Assembly: GCA_003344405.1 (NCBI GenBank)
Contig: NOWV01000019.1
Span: forward strand, 806,001 to 851,070
Direction: 5' to 3'
Source: Trichoplax sp. H2
Taxonomy: Eukaryota
DNA: 45,070 nt
Positions within the stretch are counted from its first letter, which is position 1; every line of letters begins with the position of its first letter. The position numbers were made by a program, and so were the translations under genes. A model generated the notes under the pieces. That model was not told the origin of the DNA. It did not search any database and saw only the letters and a list, made by a program, of their open reading frames with translations. Of the stretch, positions 13,801 to 28,830 are shown piece after piece.

Positions 13801-16564
13801 CATTGCAGTTATTGCAAAAATCTCTGCCAACTGAAAATAAGGGCTCTTTTCTACTCTTTGCAGAATAGATTTATTTTATATAACAATGCCATAAAATGAA
13901 AGTTCTATTTTTAGTCGATGCAAAATTTTTTCTACCTCTAGTTATTTGAAGCAGCTGGCATTTTGATAAGAATAGCTAGTAGCAAATTCTGCGAATAGAG
14001 TTTATTCAATCAATCATCATGGTCAAGTTAAGCCGGCCAAGGCGAATATATACTATAATGTTGACCGTATTCATGAAGACTTCACCTAGTTGCAGTGAAC
14101 AAGTGCAGTAAGTGTAAGAATTAATGAGGGTGGAGAGAAGGACGGCAACAATAGCTTCTGGCGAATACAATTCTCTAAGCAAAATGAAGAATAAAGTTCT
14201 ACTGCAATCACTAAAAAAAATCAATGCTGGTTTAGCAGATTTTGTCAAATACTAAATTCAATATACAGCAAAAAAATTAACATTAATACATACGATGCAA
14301 GCTTTTAGACTGTTTCCTATAACTCTCTTCACATTCTACCAACAGCCGCTTCCATCCAAATTAGATCAAGGTTTGGCTTTGTTCTTAAGTATTTAATAAT
14401 TTGTTAATTGTTCTTTTAATACAAAGAAATAGCTGTCAGTCACAATCTTATTAACGATTGCATTTAGGTAAAACTTGAACTAACCAAATCTGTAATTGCT
14501 ATATTCTTACGAAATTTCATTATTTAGTATTATTTCAGCATGATGGGCTGCTTTTAATAATGTTTAGACTATTAAAATGATAGCATTTTAGCTTCGATTA
14601 AAGCAGCTGTAAGATGAAGACATTTGAAAGCTTTTCGTCAATCTGTCAATATTAATTGTCCATGCTAATAAAGCTTTCGTTTCCGCTATTGTGAATTCAA
14701 CTAGTCAATTCCAGACGATTGTATTTAGCTGTGCTTAATCATCTAGTATAAGTGTATAATTCTTCAATTGTGTTGATCCACTTGAGCCAGATTTGATAAT
14801 TTATTCAATTACTACTTCAGAAATGTTAATTAATCTTCAATGATAATTGACTTGAATTAATGTAAACATCAATCGACAAATAGAACAGTCAATATGACTA
14901 TTTTCTATCTAATTTAAATCCGAACATTTTCTATCAGGATGCTTTATTTTAAATAAGTTCAACCATATCATTACATGAAAGAAGCATACCTTGGCTGTAC
15001 TACTAAAATTTTGTAACGACTACGAAGCATAACGTAGATAAAAATACTAAACAAAATATTACTGACAAGGTAGTTTGTTGTTTTTTCTAGTTCATATTAT
15101 TGATTATCTAATTATATCAATGAAACTTTAAAAATAGAATTAAATTGAAATTCTAAACTGATTTGCTATTTAGATTTTCAAATCTATGAGAATACAATTA
15201 CTCTGTCTCATATTTTTCTTACAGGTAATGTTTTACCTATCCATCTTGACAAACATCGTATTCATACCTAGAACTTGTAACTTATTAGGTATCAGTATAT
15301 AGACAATAGCAATGGCAACAATGACGTAATACTTCAATTCAATGGATTTAAATCCTAGTGAATCGCCATAGTTTAATACAGTAACCAAATCTGTTTAAAG
15401 AAAGTATCATTTATTTGGCAACGGTAGTACAGTCTCATAAATGGCTTTGAATAGAGTAATTTGGTCATGGAAGTAATAAGCAATAATTATTACTTCACGT
15501 AGATAGTTATAATTGAAAAATTTTGCTCATGACTTGTTCCATTTTATATCAACACCCCAAAATATTAAAATCAAGGCCTACGATAACAGCTATACGATTG
15601 TGACCGTTACCCCACAAGGAAAATTTATGCCGCATTTTCAAAGTTAGAAAGAAGGGCTTTTTAAAATCTATTTCTAATTACTGATGACCAGTCAACTTGA
15701 TTGTTATTGACAAGATAGAGCATCAATCAACAAGAATTGATCGGTTATTATTTAATACGAAACATAACCAATTGGACGTGAAAGTGAAATGGTTGAAAAT
15801 TTAGCAATATAACTAAGGATAACATAAATCTTTCAGCACATGGAATAATTCATCCATAACTAACATGTGTGCTATTATACCTAGTTTGCTAGACTATTAA
15901 AGTGGACATTGTTACCTTAATTGTTATTGTTATTGCCAATCTTATCAAACAATTGTTGAGCTATTGAATTGGTGATTCTTTTATTATCTAATGACTTCTA
16001 TTGTTTTTAGCTTAGCTAGTAAAAGAGACATCGCTGGAAATACTAATGAAATAAGACCTTAATTGAATGCTTGAATGAGCTAATTACAGTAACTTCATCG
16101 GCTATTTGTCATAATAACACCTGACAATTTCTGTTTCTGTCATAGAATAAAGTAGAGAAAGAGAGGCACATGTCTAAATTAATAAGAGACTATCAATAGC
16201 AAGTAGGAATCGATCCAATCCAAAGAGATTTACAATAGCTAAATGGTAGCGGAGAATTATTCATGTTTCATCAAATAATAGTTGTCAATACAATTGAACA
16301 TGCTATTGACTTGAATGAGACAAAAAATTTCAATCGTAAATACAAGTGTTATTATAACGTTGAGGGTAAGCAACATGTATCGATTGCTATTGAAATTTAT
16401 TGCGATGCCATTGAATTGTTGTTGGATTGATATTTGATGGTAGAAGACAGTATATTATTAGAGTCCACTTGAAATATTGTCATAATTGTTGTTTAACTTT
16501 GGCAGAACAACCATCAAAAATTAGAAGACTTGGGACTTTTACTAGATTTTTATTAAAGTAAGTG

Positions 16565-19500
16565 ATGTTGAACGGAAACAGTAGATCAACTAATAAAGAA
16601 TTTACGAATGGTAAGCCGTGTTTTATATTATTTTAGTTATATTAAATCAGAGTAACAAGATTGATTACAAAATTAATGACATCAAATTGAGTTCAATCAA
16701 GGTTCAATTTGATTTGAGCAATATCAACTAGCTGAAAACGATCATTCAAGCATCAGTGATACTATTTGTTCAGTGATTATTATTTTAAATCTTTATCAAA
16801 CGATTGATTGTGCCATCGTTTTGTTCACATCATCAGCAAGCAAATATGATTAATATTTCATGAATTAGATATGTAAAGTTTCCATGATGAATCTAAATTA
16901 ACAGACATCATCAAATAGTAATGGATCGTTTTATTTAATTAGGATAGTAATTACCAACTAATATGGATATTATTTATATCATTAGGTCGATCTTGCGTTG
17001 TTAATAGCCAAGAAGTGGAAGATATGAAAACTAATAATACTAGCGACTTAAATTCTCAACAGAATGACCTGAGTAGCAGTCCCAGCATCGGCAATGGAAA
17101 CGATGACGAAAAATGTAATAAGCCTAAGCGACATCGTACGCGTTTTACACCTGGGCAATTAAGCGAATTAGAAAGATGTTTCAGCAAAACTCATTATCCT
17201 GACATTTTTATGCGCGAAGAATTAGCTCTAAGAATCGGATTATCGGAATCACGAGTTCAGGTAAGGAGGATCTGCCTGTGATTATATAATTAATATAGCT
17301 TTTGAATTGCTTTAGCTAGATTCTGGGTGTGCAAAGTTTTAAACTAAACTATCAACATTCAAACTTAGCTACATTAATGAGGCTACGTTTATTTTCTGCC
17401 GCTTTAAGGTTCATTGATTGAATAGAAATTAATCTTTACCGTCTCAAGATAGTATAAGTGAAACTCCATGTCTTTACATTATACAACAATATGCCATATT
17501 TTGGGTAGAAGTAATTTTAAATACTGCCGAAATATCGATCTAAACCATGAACTACGGTACTTAAAAATGAAATCAATTTCTTTTTCTAATAGTTTTTCTC
17601 TGAACTTACTTATAAATATGCCCGTAATGTTCGTTGAATCCTGCATAATATTCTAATCCGCTGCATTAATTAAGTAAAGCAATGACAACTTCCTAACCTT
17701 GATCGATGATTGCCAATACTAACTGATGACGCATGTTAGGCTATTAAGAGGATATTTACTTCACTTTGGTACTGAAAAATGAGAAATGATGCGAGTGGAA
17801 CAGTTGGCGTAAGCCTGAGTACATTATTATTAACAATCTTCGCCTAAGATTATTGTTTATAGGTGAACATTAAACAGGTTCTGGTTTTAAGTTCATTAAA
17901 GATATATTATGTCAACGCGAATTGTGCACTACTACGGTACTCTTCTGAAAGAACTGCGTGGAAATTCATAGATTCTATATCATATGAATACAAACTCAGA
18001 CTTTTTTCCTTATTTCTAAACAGTATTAGATTTTAACCATTTATTACGTTTAGTTAGCTGATCATCTACTAATAAATTGTTTTTACGAAAAAAGATATTC
18101 TTGAAAAAAATCTCTACTGACTGTACTTGAAGAGTTTTCTTGAATTAGCAAATTGGTATCACGATTATTGAACGACTTAAACTACCTTTAACTTTACAAT
18201 TGAGAAATAAACTACTATAACATTTATTCAATGCAAAAATCCACGTTTTTATAAGACAACCCTCAACTATAAAGATGTTATTATTCCAATCCCAGTTGAA
18301 TACTAAAATGGCAGACTTGAATATAATTAAAATGAATTTGCTTTTCCAATAATCAATCTTCTTTGTTAGCTTGTTAAGGGTCAATATTTGCCCTGATAAC
18401 TTATTAGATGAGTCATTACCTAGGAATTAGATAGAGAATATTTAATAACAGCCTATAATATTCCTTCTTATCACGTTTATTTAGCTGCATAAATATAATG
18501 ATTATTCTCGATCACTTTATATGTACTACCAGCATTCCCAATTTCAGAAACCCTGTATCTATATATTTTTTATTTGTTACGGATACTGTAAGGTCCTTAT
18601 GTTCTGAGATAAATTTTTTTACACGAATACTTCGCTATAATTTATAGAGAACTATTATTAAGAAACTTTACCGCTGAGCAATCTGTGGGGTTGTTTATCA
18701 TTAATAACGCTAGGAGCAGTTGTTAATATCTAATATCGATATGGAAATTATTTTTTGCAATTTTCAGCATAAACATCATTAGAAACAGCTCTACTTTCCA
18801 ATAGTCTATAACAAAAAATGCAAGAATGAAGATGCCTGTCAGTAATATTATCATGGCATCTAATCTTTCTTTTGTCCGATCAATGATCTATAAATCTAGG
18901 TCTAGTAGATATGATGTCTCTGCCGTATTGATTGATATTAGTTAATTTTAGTTTTACTTCTTATTTCAGTTATACAAGTGTACCGGTTTATAAATCTTCT
19001 TGTAGATATATAATATCAGCTACCAATTTTTTTCCCCTACTAAAGATTAATTCCATTGAAAATTTGATCGATCATCATTTGTACTTTCGATTTCATGCTA
19101 TTTGCAATTTTTTAATTCATATATTAATTTCATTCTATCTATGAGTTCAATTTCATCTAAAGTGTTTTGGCCTCCGGCTTCAACGATTCTGTTATTAAAA
19201 GAATTCTAGCATTGCTTCGTCCAGTTTTTCTACATAGCTATCCTTTGTTATTTAGTTTTGTATCTATATGTTATAGTCACGAATACGTTTTCTTTGTTTT
19301 TAATAATATAATTAATGCTTTTCATAAATCTCCAATCGATGTTGAGAATTGCATTATTGCATCAAATAATAGCAACATAGCAGAAAGCTTTTCTACGCCA
19401 TACCTGGTTGCTGTATTCTCCTGAAACGCTGTATTATTCGGCAACAATTTATCTGTTTCTCGGCCAATGAATTTTTTTTTACATTTATCCATGATGTAAT

Positions 19501-22201
19501 GAATTGATTATATAACAATGTGCAAAAGTTGGGAAAGGCACCACAAAAAGTAGGCATCAATAGATTGTTATAGTCCATTAAAGCTATGCATTGTGACTGT
19601 TGCAGTAACATTACATGAGACCTGCAAATTTTTCTGCTAAAACATACAACGCTTTTCGTCTTCACATAAATTATTTTTGTTGCCAACTAATCATAAATCT
19701 TAGATTTAAATTCAGTATTCGCCATAGTTAATAAATAGAGAAATCATACTTTTAGAAAATAAGGCAGGCTACTCTCTTTATTGAATACTCACCGAGAATT
19801 CGATCCTTTTCTACGTTACGAAACTGTCTGTCTACTGCTGAAATAAATTTAAGCATAGTTGGACTTGCATATTATTAGTACTTATATTACGAATATCACT
19901 ACAGTAAGCAAATATTGAGAAATACCGGGGATAAGCTAGAATCGATGCTTTCTTTCGACAGTAAAAATTGCTAATTTCTAGTTCAATCCTCATTAGTAAA
20001 GTGATCACATCATAAATCAGTGAAATCGAGATTTTAAAGAACCTGCACCGTTAAGGCTTATCGATTATTTGCAATGTAACAGTTGTATATTTTTATTGAA
20101 ATTGTTTTAGCTTTCATGCTTTCGCTATTTCTCATGGACTCATGCGGTTGGGGCTCACGAAATTGTTTAGTACGTTATCATGCAATGATAAAAACGAGAT
20201 TGAAAATATTAGATCATGACAATAGTCCCTTCCCATTATGCCGTATATTCTAATCCTATCTGAATTGTTAAATTATTCTAAATTAAAACCAAAACCTTTT
20301 GTCCTTAATAAAATATTCTATCTGGCTACTGCTTGCGTATATTGCTACAGTATTAACTAGTGCAATAATAGTAGCATAATGTCAAAGCCGTTATTCGCCA
20401 ACACTCGCCCACTATTGATTTCACCCATATGTAGTTGAAAACAACTATAATCGGCTGCATTGCTCATAGTCAAGGTAAATGCATCTAGAAAATGTTGTTC
20501 TATCTGCATATTGTTACATAATGTTATTGCGGATCTTTACTATCAGCTTTTATTTTCTAACGGACTTCGCAAATGCTACATGGTTGACATTTTTCGGCAT
20601 AAGCAAGTTAATAAAGTGATCATCCATTGCCATTTTAGCTGAAAATTAAAGAGGAAATAGATGCAGTCTTTCTGATTACCTTATCTCTCTTAAACAATAC
20701 AGTAATGTAACTGGACTGAAGTAAAATTTAAAAGTATTAAATCTCTAACAGAGAATACTAACAATTGTTGGGTCTAGCTGAAGAATAGATGATATTGAAT
20801 TGAGATACTTCTGATTGCTCCCTAATAGAGATATTTGAACCCACGAAAAATTAATTTCAGTAATGATTATTTTCATAGGTATAAAATAGAGAAATCATGG
20901 AGCGTACTAATTTTAATGTAAGATATTTACTACCAAGCCTAAGTATTATCAATAAATTTCGTTCGAAATAGTATTATGCGCACTACGCGTACAAATTGCA
21001 GTGCGCTATTAAACAATCATAGTTATAACCCTAACCAAATTCTGTCTTGCTATAACGAAGCAATTTTAGGAGTTTTTATACGTACTTTACAGCAATTGCA
21101 CAATAAACTTTATCAAGTCAAAGACATATGTTTTTCCCACAACGAATAAAGCAACTCAATTCTTATTTATATTATACAACTATATTTAATGACATATTTT
21201 CATGGATAGGCTAAGCTGATTCTATACCCGCATTTGCGACAGTTCTTAAAACTGTAATACTGTTAATATATACGTAATCGTGATTTTTTGGTTAGCATAG
21301 TTACATTCTAACAATAAAATATCCAAATTTGACATCGAGAAACTAGCAACCTCTGAAGAAAATAATTTTAATTTACCATAAATTCTCAATTTTGAAAACA
21401 CCAGCGTACTAGTTACTAGTTATTAAAAAGAAATATTATTGGCACGCTTTACGATATAATTTCAAGAGAGTTTAAATACGCATTCATAACCGAATAATAC
21501 ATAAAACTCTTTTTAAGAGAGAAGTAAATGCAATTGCTGCAATTAAGACTTATCAATAAATCTAATATAAAGAGAGAATACTGATAAAGATAAATAATTA
21601 TAATTTAAAATGGCAGGTATGGTTTCAAAATAGACGCGCAAAATACAAAAAAAAGAAGAAAATTGGCTCGAATGGTAACTTGTTTGCTTGTGGGTCAACA
21701 TTGCCATCAGGCCAGCCCAGTATTAATAGTCATAATTCTGTTATGGGCGAAGGTCTAAGCTACGGAAATTATCATTCAGAAGAGCCTTGGCCAACATTAA
21801 ACTCGACCGTAATGACAACATCGCCATCACAACCTGTTTCGTCCTTGCAAGTGCCTAGTAACCATCTATCTCAACATCCAAACCAACATCAGCAATCCAT
21901 ACTACAATCTACCGGTGGACGAAACTATCAACAAAATCTCCATCATCATCAAAATTATTCCAATCAAAATAATTCTAACGTCAATGGAGCACCTAGTATG
22001 TTCACATCACAGCCTTCCACTTTCCAAAACGCGCAATATGTCAATCCTAGATTGGCTGCTGCTACTCACCAAGGCGTTTCCTTAACTTCAATGCAACCAA
22101 TTAATCAATCAGTGGCAGTTAATGACTCATGGCAAGGATCTAGCTTAGCAAATTTACGTCAAAAAGCTTTAGAGCACAAAGCCACCATTAACTATATGTA
22201 A
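16565..22201 (+). CDS. otp: Orthopedia (PRD-class Q50 homeodomain protein with C-terminal OAR motif), 3 coding exons, about 301 aa
   Basis: Exons 16565-16610 ([16 protein letters not shown]|gtaagc, phase 1; least certain exon), 16986-17260 and 21617-22201. Homeodomain [60 protein letters not shown] carries Otp-diagnostic RHRTRFTP and [18 protein letters not shown]. The intron is at the canonical PRD-class position between residues 46 and 47. C-terminal [16 protein letters not shown] matches the Otp OAR motif. Confidence 0.95.
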
Positions 22202-25200
22202 TATTACAAATTAGAAAATCATAGCAAGCACAGTTGGTCTAATACTTAAGAAAGCATTGCTTAGTTCTAAAACTTATTAAAATTATGTTTTACATAGGCT
22301 AAATTTAATGCAAACTTGTATTTTCCCTAGTTCAACAACCTAGTTTAATCCGATATGTAACAATAAATTTTTCCGAATTACCATCAATTTAATTGGCATA
22401 TAGATGATAAATCTGAAACAAAATGCAAATTGATAAAAGCTCAATCCTTTTTTTCCTCACCAATCTACTAATGAATTTCATCCCAAACACATTGAATGCA
22501 TTAAAGACAACATTTTGTGTAGATCAAAGTGTTCAAATAGATTAATGTAACTACGTAGTATCAGCATGACTTTGTTTCATGCTATATTTATCAATCGCCT
22601 ATAAGCTGCACTGACTGATATATCTGCCATAAAATTAAATCTGACTACTTAATTACAGTACCTGAATAAATTATTCGATGTGAATTGTATTTTTAGCATG
22701 TATTTCAGCAAGTATAACGCTATAATTCAATAATAATATATGAGTTTTCATAATTCCATTCAGCGTAAAATCTGTATGAAATCTTTCTATAAGATGAAGT
22801 TAAAATATTATTAGAATTCTGTTAAAAATATAGGATTTGTTTTTCTGAGCTTGGTAGGATACAATTCATAATAAATACTGATCATCATTACATCAAAAAA
22901 GTAATCAGCAAATAAAGATTTCATCCTCCTGTCAAATATTTTCTACGAAGACTTTCTAAACAGTATTTTTCGTTGCCCTTGTGTAGATACTAGAATATAT
23001 GTCGAAATAACTAATTGGTTTGTATGGACATCATTCTGAACTGTACAGCAGATAAAAATAATGATGGCTGTATCAAAGAAAATCAAAAGTACGGCGAAAT
23101 TAATTTTATCCTTATAATGCTTTACCTAGTTATTTCAGTCGTAGTTCCATTAGCTATTGTAATTTCAAGTACAGCCGCAGGCAATATCTAAGCCCAATAA
23201 ATAGATTTAGCACAATTAAACATACTAATCCTCTATTATATATGGCAGAGCATAGATTATTACATGATTGTATTTCTATTTAATTTTACGTATATTGTAG
23301 AAGTGCTTAAGCAGGTGCAAAAGAGCGATAATTCAAGATGTCTGTAGATAGAGCTTTATTGCTCGATATAGCTTATTTTAATTTAATTCTCTATATCTAA
23401 CCTACAATTATGATCGACAACCAGCCCTATATCCTAATTTATCATTGAAATCGACTATTGGTTTATAATTTTGTCCTCATATTCCTACACCAGAAAGAGA
23501 AAATGAAAAATGTAGTTTAAATTTATTGGAGATGTAGTAATCTTCAATTTACGTTGGGTTAAGCATAATTAACTAAGAACTTTAACTTAGGAAATTACCC
23601 TTGCTTGTAGTTAAATAACAAAATCTCGTCGAAATATCTTCTTTGAGTAGCAAATTTTCGAATTTATTACAGTGGTTGTATATAAATTCTTGAGGTTGAT
23701 ATTAACATTAATAATATTCATCTGAATTAACCTTCAGGTAGTCAATGAAGCATTTTTTCAGAAATGAAATAAAATTATCTGAAATATATCATAACTTAAA
23801 TATCGCCTCATTACATAAATTCTTTCGTCTACTGAATTAATAATCCTACATATGATTTTACTATCTCATACTATCTTAAAATCTCAGTCTAAAATCATTT
23901 TTACATAAAATCCAAAGTTAAAATGTTGAGATTTCAAGAGTATCGTCTCTCACATTGGCGGTAGGCTTCGAAGATTTTTCGTAAAAAATCAGTCAACGAA
24001 ATAATTCACTTACTGTAGCCCACAAATTAAGAAACCCTGAAACTAATAAAATAAGGCCGTATACTAGCGCACTTGTACATGCATATAGAATGGCAGCATA
24101 GACACTGTCTCAGAAATGAAACTTGCATATCATATGCAAGACCTGTTTTAATGAAATTCATTCATCTTAAAAATTCGTCGAAATAGTTCTTTGAAGGAAA
24201 TATAAGTTTTTTTATTAATAAAAGTAAGATATTTAAAGAGATATTCGACTAATATCGTATTAAAGTTATGTTTGATAACTACAGGCAGCAAATGCTAGGT
24301 CTCATTGAAAGTCGTGAATGAATTGAAACTATTCTAAACCACTTCCAAACGTATTAATATTCAATAATAAGGGACAATTCTTTTACTAGCTGATATTTGA
24401 TGAATAAATAAAATAAAACTCATAATTATTTTCCAAATTCATCTCTAATTTAATAAGATCATAGGTCACTTGTTCAATTGCTTCGCTTAATTCAAGTAAT
24501 AGAAACGAATTAAGTTAGAAGTAGTAGTAATATCGAAAAAGATATTTTATTCAGAATTTTTTTTAAACTTTTCCTGGAAACGTTGATATATCATCGACAA
24601 ATCCTACTTTACAGCTTTTCATTTTACAAGCAAGAATATGCTGTATGTACAGTATGTACTGTACTTTGTTGGAATTATTTTCTTACTCTTCCTGAGTCCT
24701 ATCAACGAAATTACAAAGATTATATACAGTGTTCAGTAATAATCACTAATAAAAGCCAATTTTAGTAAATATGTCCTACGAATTAGTGTCCACAGTTCCG
24801 AAAGCAAAAATTCTATCGTGTACATAGCACGTGTAACAGTAGATGATCTAACTAGAGTCAGGAAGAATCTTAATTTTAAGCCAGCCTAATATAGCCGTTT
24901 AACCGACGCTAATTATATCGAGATTGCTTCAATTAGTTGCAACTAAATCTACGTGAGCAATTTTATACAATTTATTCAGAAACTGCTCCGAGTCTCGTAT
25001 AACTAAAGTTTTTAAAGGGGGAAAAATTATGACAACCACATTTTCCATTGCCATAATCGAGATAGTCATCGAAATAGAGTTCAATTAACATATTTATTGC
25101 CTCCTATCTATTTTAAATCAAACTACCGTTAATTATAGACTAACAGGCCGTTTCAATTAGGGTTTATAACCCCTCCGAATTTTGTTACCCCGGAGTCCAA

Positions 25201-28200
25201 TCCATGATTTGAATACCATGATGTTGAAATTTACTTCAGTAACAGTCTGCTTACTTGAAATCAGGCTGTTCTTCGGATACACTCCTATAGATAGCAAACA
25301 CTAGAAAAAATAATTAAAGATTAAGGAATGGGAACTAGCTAAAATGCTTCAATTTAACAATAGAAAGTCTATTGATTGATAGATTAGTAAGTTTTCTCAA
25401 GGATTACATTGTCCTACCTATTTCACCCTCAGTAGAAGACAGTAAAGCGATTTTGCTCTACCGCATATTATAATACTGTACTGAAGCAAGCACTAATATA
25501 ACTTTTCAGGATGGAGCTCTTATCTAAAACTAAAAATCTTAAAAGTTTACTTTTGTAGAGATTAGATTGGAAGATTGTTACCGGTGCTATTCGTCAATTT
25601 AAGTAATGCTGCCGTTGGACATCAATTTATCTATCAATGTCGGTTTAGACAAATTCAATGCAACCATACTAATATTTTAACATGAGAAAGTGCTCTATGA
25701 ATTTTAACTAAGATTCTTTATTACTTGGTAATTTCATTAACTAGCACTACTATCACTGCTATCACGACTTCCTTCAATCGGTACTGGAGCACGAAGTTTT
25801 CTTACGCAAAATATGATGCAAAGTGAAATCGCTTGACTAACGCGAATATTTAGTCTGCTAGCTGCAAAAAAGTAAAGCCTGCGCATGTAAACAGACTTTA
25901 ATGTCATCAGCAATCAGTGAATTATATTACTTGAGCCCGTTTTTAATATCAAAAGAAAAGGAAACGGATGCTTTGCATTTCATGTTGTAACTACTGTCAA
26001 ATAGTCTTCATTACAAAGTGATAAATTATAATTTTCAATAAGAAGTAAGCTTGACCATATTATTAAACTATTTTACTATTAAAGGTTGGTCAAGTAATTT
26101 TACTAAATCAGATTATTAAATCAATACGCTTGCATCTGAAGGCGAGAAGATTAAAATTATTAATAATTAAAATAACGCATCATCATGATAGAATCGTCTC
26201 ATGATACAATCATCTTCAAGATGACAATTCTTGAATAGACATCTACGGTTGAACCCGTAATTGTTCACCAATTAATACTTTATAGCTTACGTTTATCACT
26301 ATAAGACTAGATAACATTCACTTAAGTTAGCAAGCGCATTATTAATCAAAATTCTATTTGGTTTATGATAGCAAAACTTCACAAGTCAATATCTCTGGTA
26401 ATAGCCATGAAGCGATATTGTGTATACACATTCGGACTGCATTTGAATTGATTGATAGATACCCTTCTTTCACTACTCCAGTAAGAAAGGATCTTATGCA
26501 ATCGTTATCATAAGAATATTGCTTGCACACGACCACATTTAAGTAGTGAATAGGATGAACAATCAAGCAATCACTTTATAAATACGATGTCTGCAACTAA
26601 AGTTTTATTATCCTGACGAATAATAAAAATCCCTTCTTCTTCTCTACAACTTCTTTGCTTGAAGTATGGGTGTTGTAACATTCTTCCTGAATCAGTAATT
26701 TCAATAATATGGATATAAATAGTTGAAAAGATTACACAGACAGCTTCTATGTCAGTAATTAATTACTATTTTATTCTTTTTACATGGGTACTGTTCTGGA
26801 TACAATTCAAAACGTTAAAGAGAAGTTGGTATTGTATCGAATTGCACAGCTGCTGTGAGCTATTTTCTTGTCGACAAGATCGGTCTAGTGCAATGACACC
26901 TACTGCGAAAGCACTTGAATAAAACCATTTCAATAAAGGAAACAAAAAAGCCATTAGTGACGACGATTGCTAACTTGTAAATGTTCCAACTCATAGCATG
27001 TGGTCGTCAATTGTGGTCGATAAAGTAGTAGAGCTATAGCAAACAGTTCAGGTAAAACAATGAATCAAAATAAAACTAATGGACTAGTTGGTTTATCATG
27101 ATGATATATCTCAACCAATGAGCAATAGAAAAAAGCAAGCATTTAAAATTTTATATGAATTTTAAAGGACAACATGGCGACGATAGTTGGCAAGTGGCTA
27201 TAATAACTATTTTCCTTATTGATTATATGAAAGTATTTTACTTTTCATCGCCATAATTTGAACTTTTTTAAACTTTCAGTAAAGCTCTATATCACCATAA
27301 AAAAATTGAATTCATTACAATAAGGATAAATGGAAATCAACTTTTTTGCCTTCATTTATTAATTATTTAAAAGTGGAGTTATATTGAAGGTAGATAAACA
27401 ATAACTTGATTTTAAAGATTATGACTAGATTATTCAAGTTATGAATAGTATGGGAACAAACAACATTATATCACTAATTTAGATGGTCGATGCAACAAGT
27501 AAGCACCACCATACAATTTCTATGGTATAACAGCAACATTCAATCAACGACTTGTATAGCCAGCCAATACATCATACAAAACAATAAACAATTTACTTTA
27601 TTCTTTATTTTATTGTGTCTGAAATTATCTAATAGCTTTATAACTTTATCGATAACAACAGCCAATTAAAGAATAAAGCGAACCCATGGAAAAATAATAT
27701 ATTATACAATCTAGAATCCATTTAATCGTTTACCAATGTACTCATCATGACAAAAATTGATTAACAATATTACTCATAATTTCCTCCCATATTGCTGTAA
27801 TGCTATTTGAATGTGTCTAGCGTTGAAATCAATCTAATTTCAAATTGTATTGTAGACCCGAACTCTACAATCTGCATAGACCCAACCCTGCTTCTATCCC
27901 GCCGTTTACTATTGCCGTAGGTGGGCATGGCAAAATTTATTTTTCTAGTATTTTCAAATAAGATGGTATTATTCTATGTTAGCGGTGTTATTATAACAAT
28001 TTCTTGCAGCGCAGGTCTTTAAATCATCATTCCAGATACACACCTTAGTATTTGATACAAATTCATCATGAAAATCGATCTAGCAATTTTTTTTTACTTC
28101 TAGAATCAGGTAATCATCCATTCTTCAAGAATAATTAAATTCATTATGGTTTTAGGGTTATGATAATCTATTTTTTTTTACTTAATTCAGCCATATATAG

Positions 28201-28206
28201 CCCACG

Positions 28207-28830
28207 CTGCATGAATCCAGTCTGCGTTCATCACTACGTCTGTTTTGACTGCAATAAAAATTAATCACCTTTACATGGACAGTAGCAACGCATTTATCTG
28301 TGTTTGCAAGGTCGTCTTAAATCAAAGCTGTTATGGACTAAATGCATAATTCGATCGCTTAATACACTCAACGAGAATCTAATTTGTATTCTTTTGATTT
28401 CTTTCTCCTACAGTTAAGCATCATAGGGAGAGATTCATGATTCAATCTTTCATTCCCTTGTCAACTCAACACACTCTGCATGAATCCCGCTTGCATTCAT
28501 TTCGATATACAATCGTTATAATCAGAAAAATAACAAGACTTCATTGCCTACTTGCTATTTCTATCTTCAAACTTCCGCTTTACCTGAACTATACTAGATA
28601 AAATTTTCTTTGAATCATCTTATATCACATTGTTAATGATAGATGCAGTATTTCACCTATTTCTACAGTACTCACCTAATCAATTTCAATTACTAGCATA
28701 ATTCAAGTTTCCCGGATCAAAGTCGGTCATATAAATTTATTTTCCCTAAATGATGACGAAAATAGTTAATATATTCCATTTTTCAGTTTGGTTAGAGATG
28801 AAACTCTACATGAGTCCAAATTGCATTCAT
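28207..28830. repeat. Three dispersed copies of a 25-bp element CTRCATGARTCC-n4-TGCRTTCAT between otp and hbn
   Basis: 28207-28231 ctgcatgaatccagtctgcgttcat; 28476-28500 ctgcatgaatcccgcttgcattcat; 28806-28830 ctacatgagtccaaattgcattcat. Confidence 0.75.

Noticed and set aside
17468..20642. Several 60-97 aa ORFs inside otp intron 2
   Set aside because: AT-biased composition and no domain similarity; consistent with random intronic ORFs.
26363..26954. Two minus-strand ORFs (67 and 62 aa) in the otp-hbn spacer
   Set aside because: No recognisable domain and no consistent splice-linked reading frame.
28207..28830. Interpretation of the spaced 25-bp repeats as a CRISPR array
   Set aside because: Spacers of about 250-300 bp, degenerate repeats, eukaryotic context and no cas genes.
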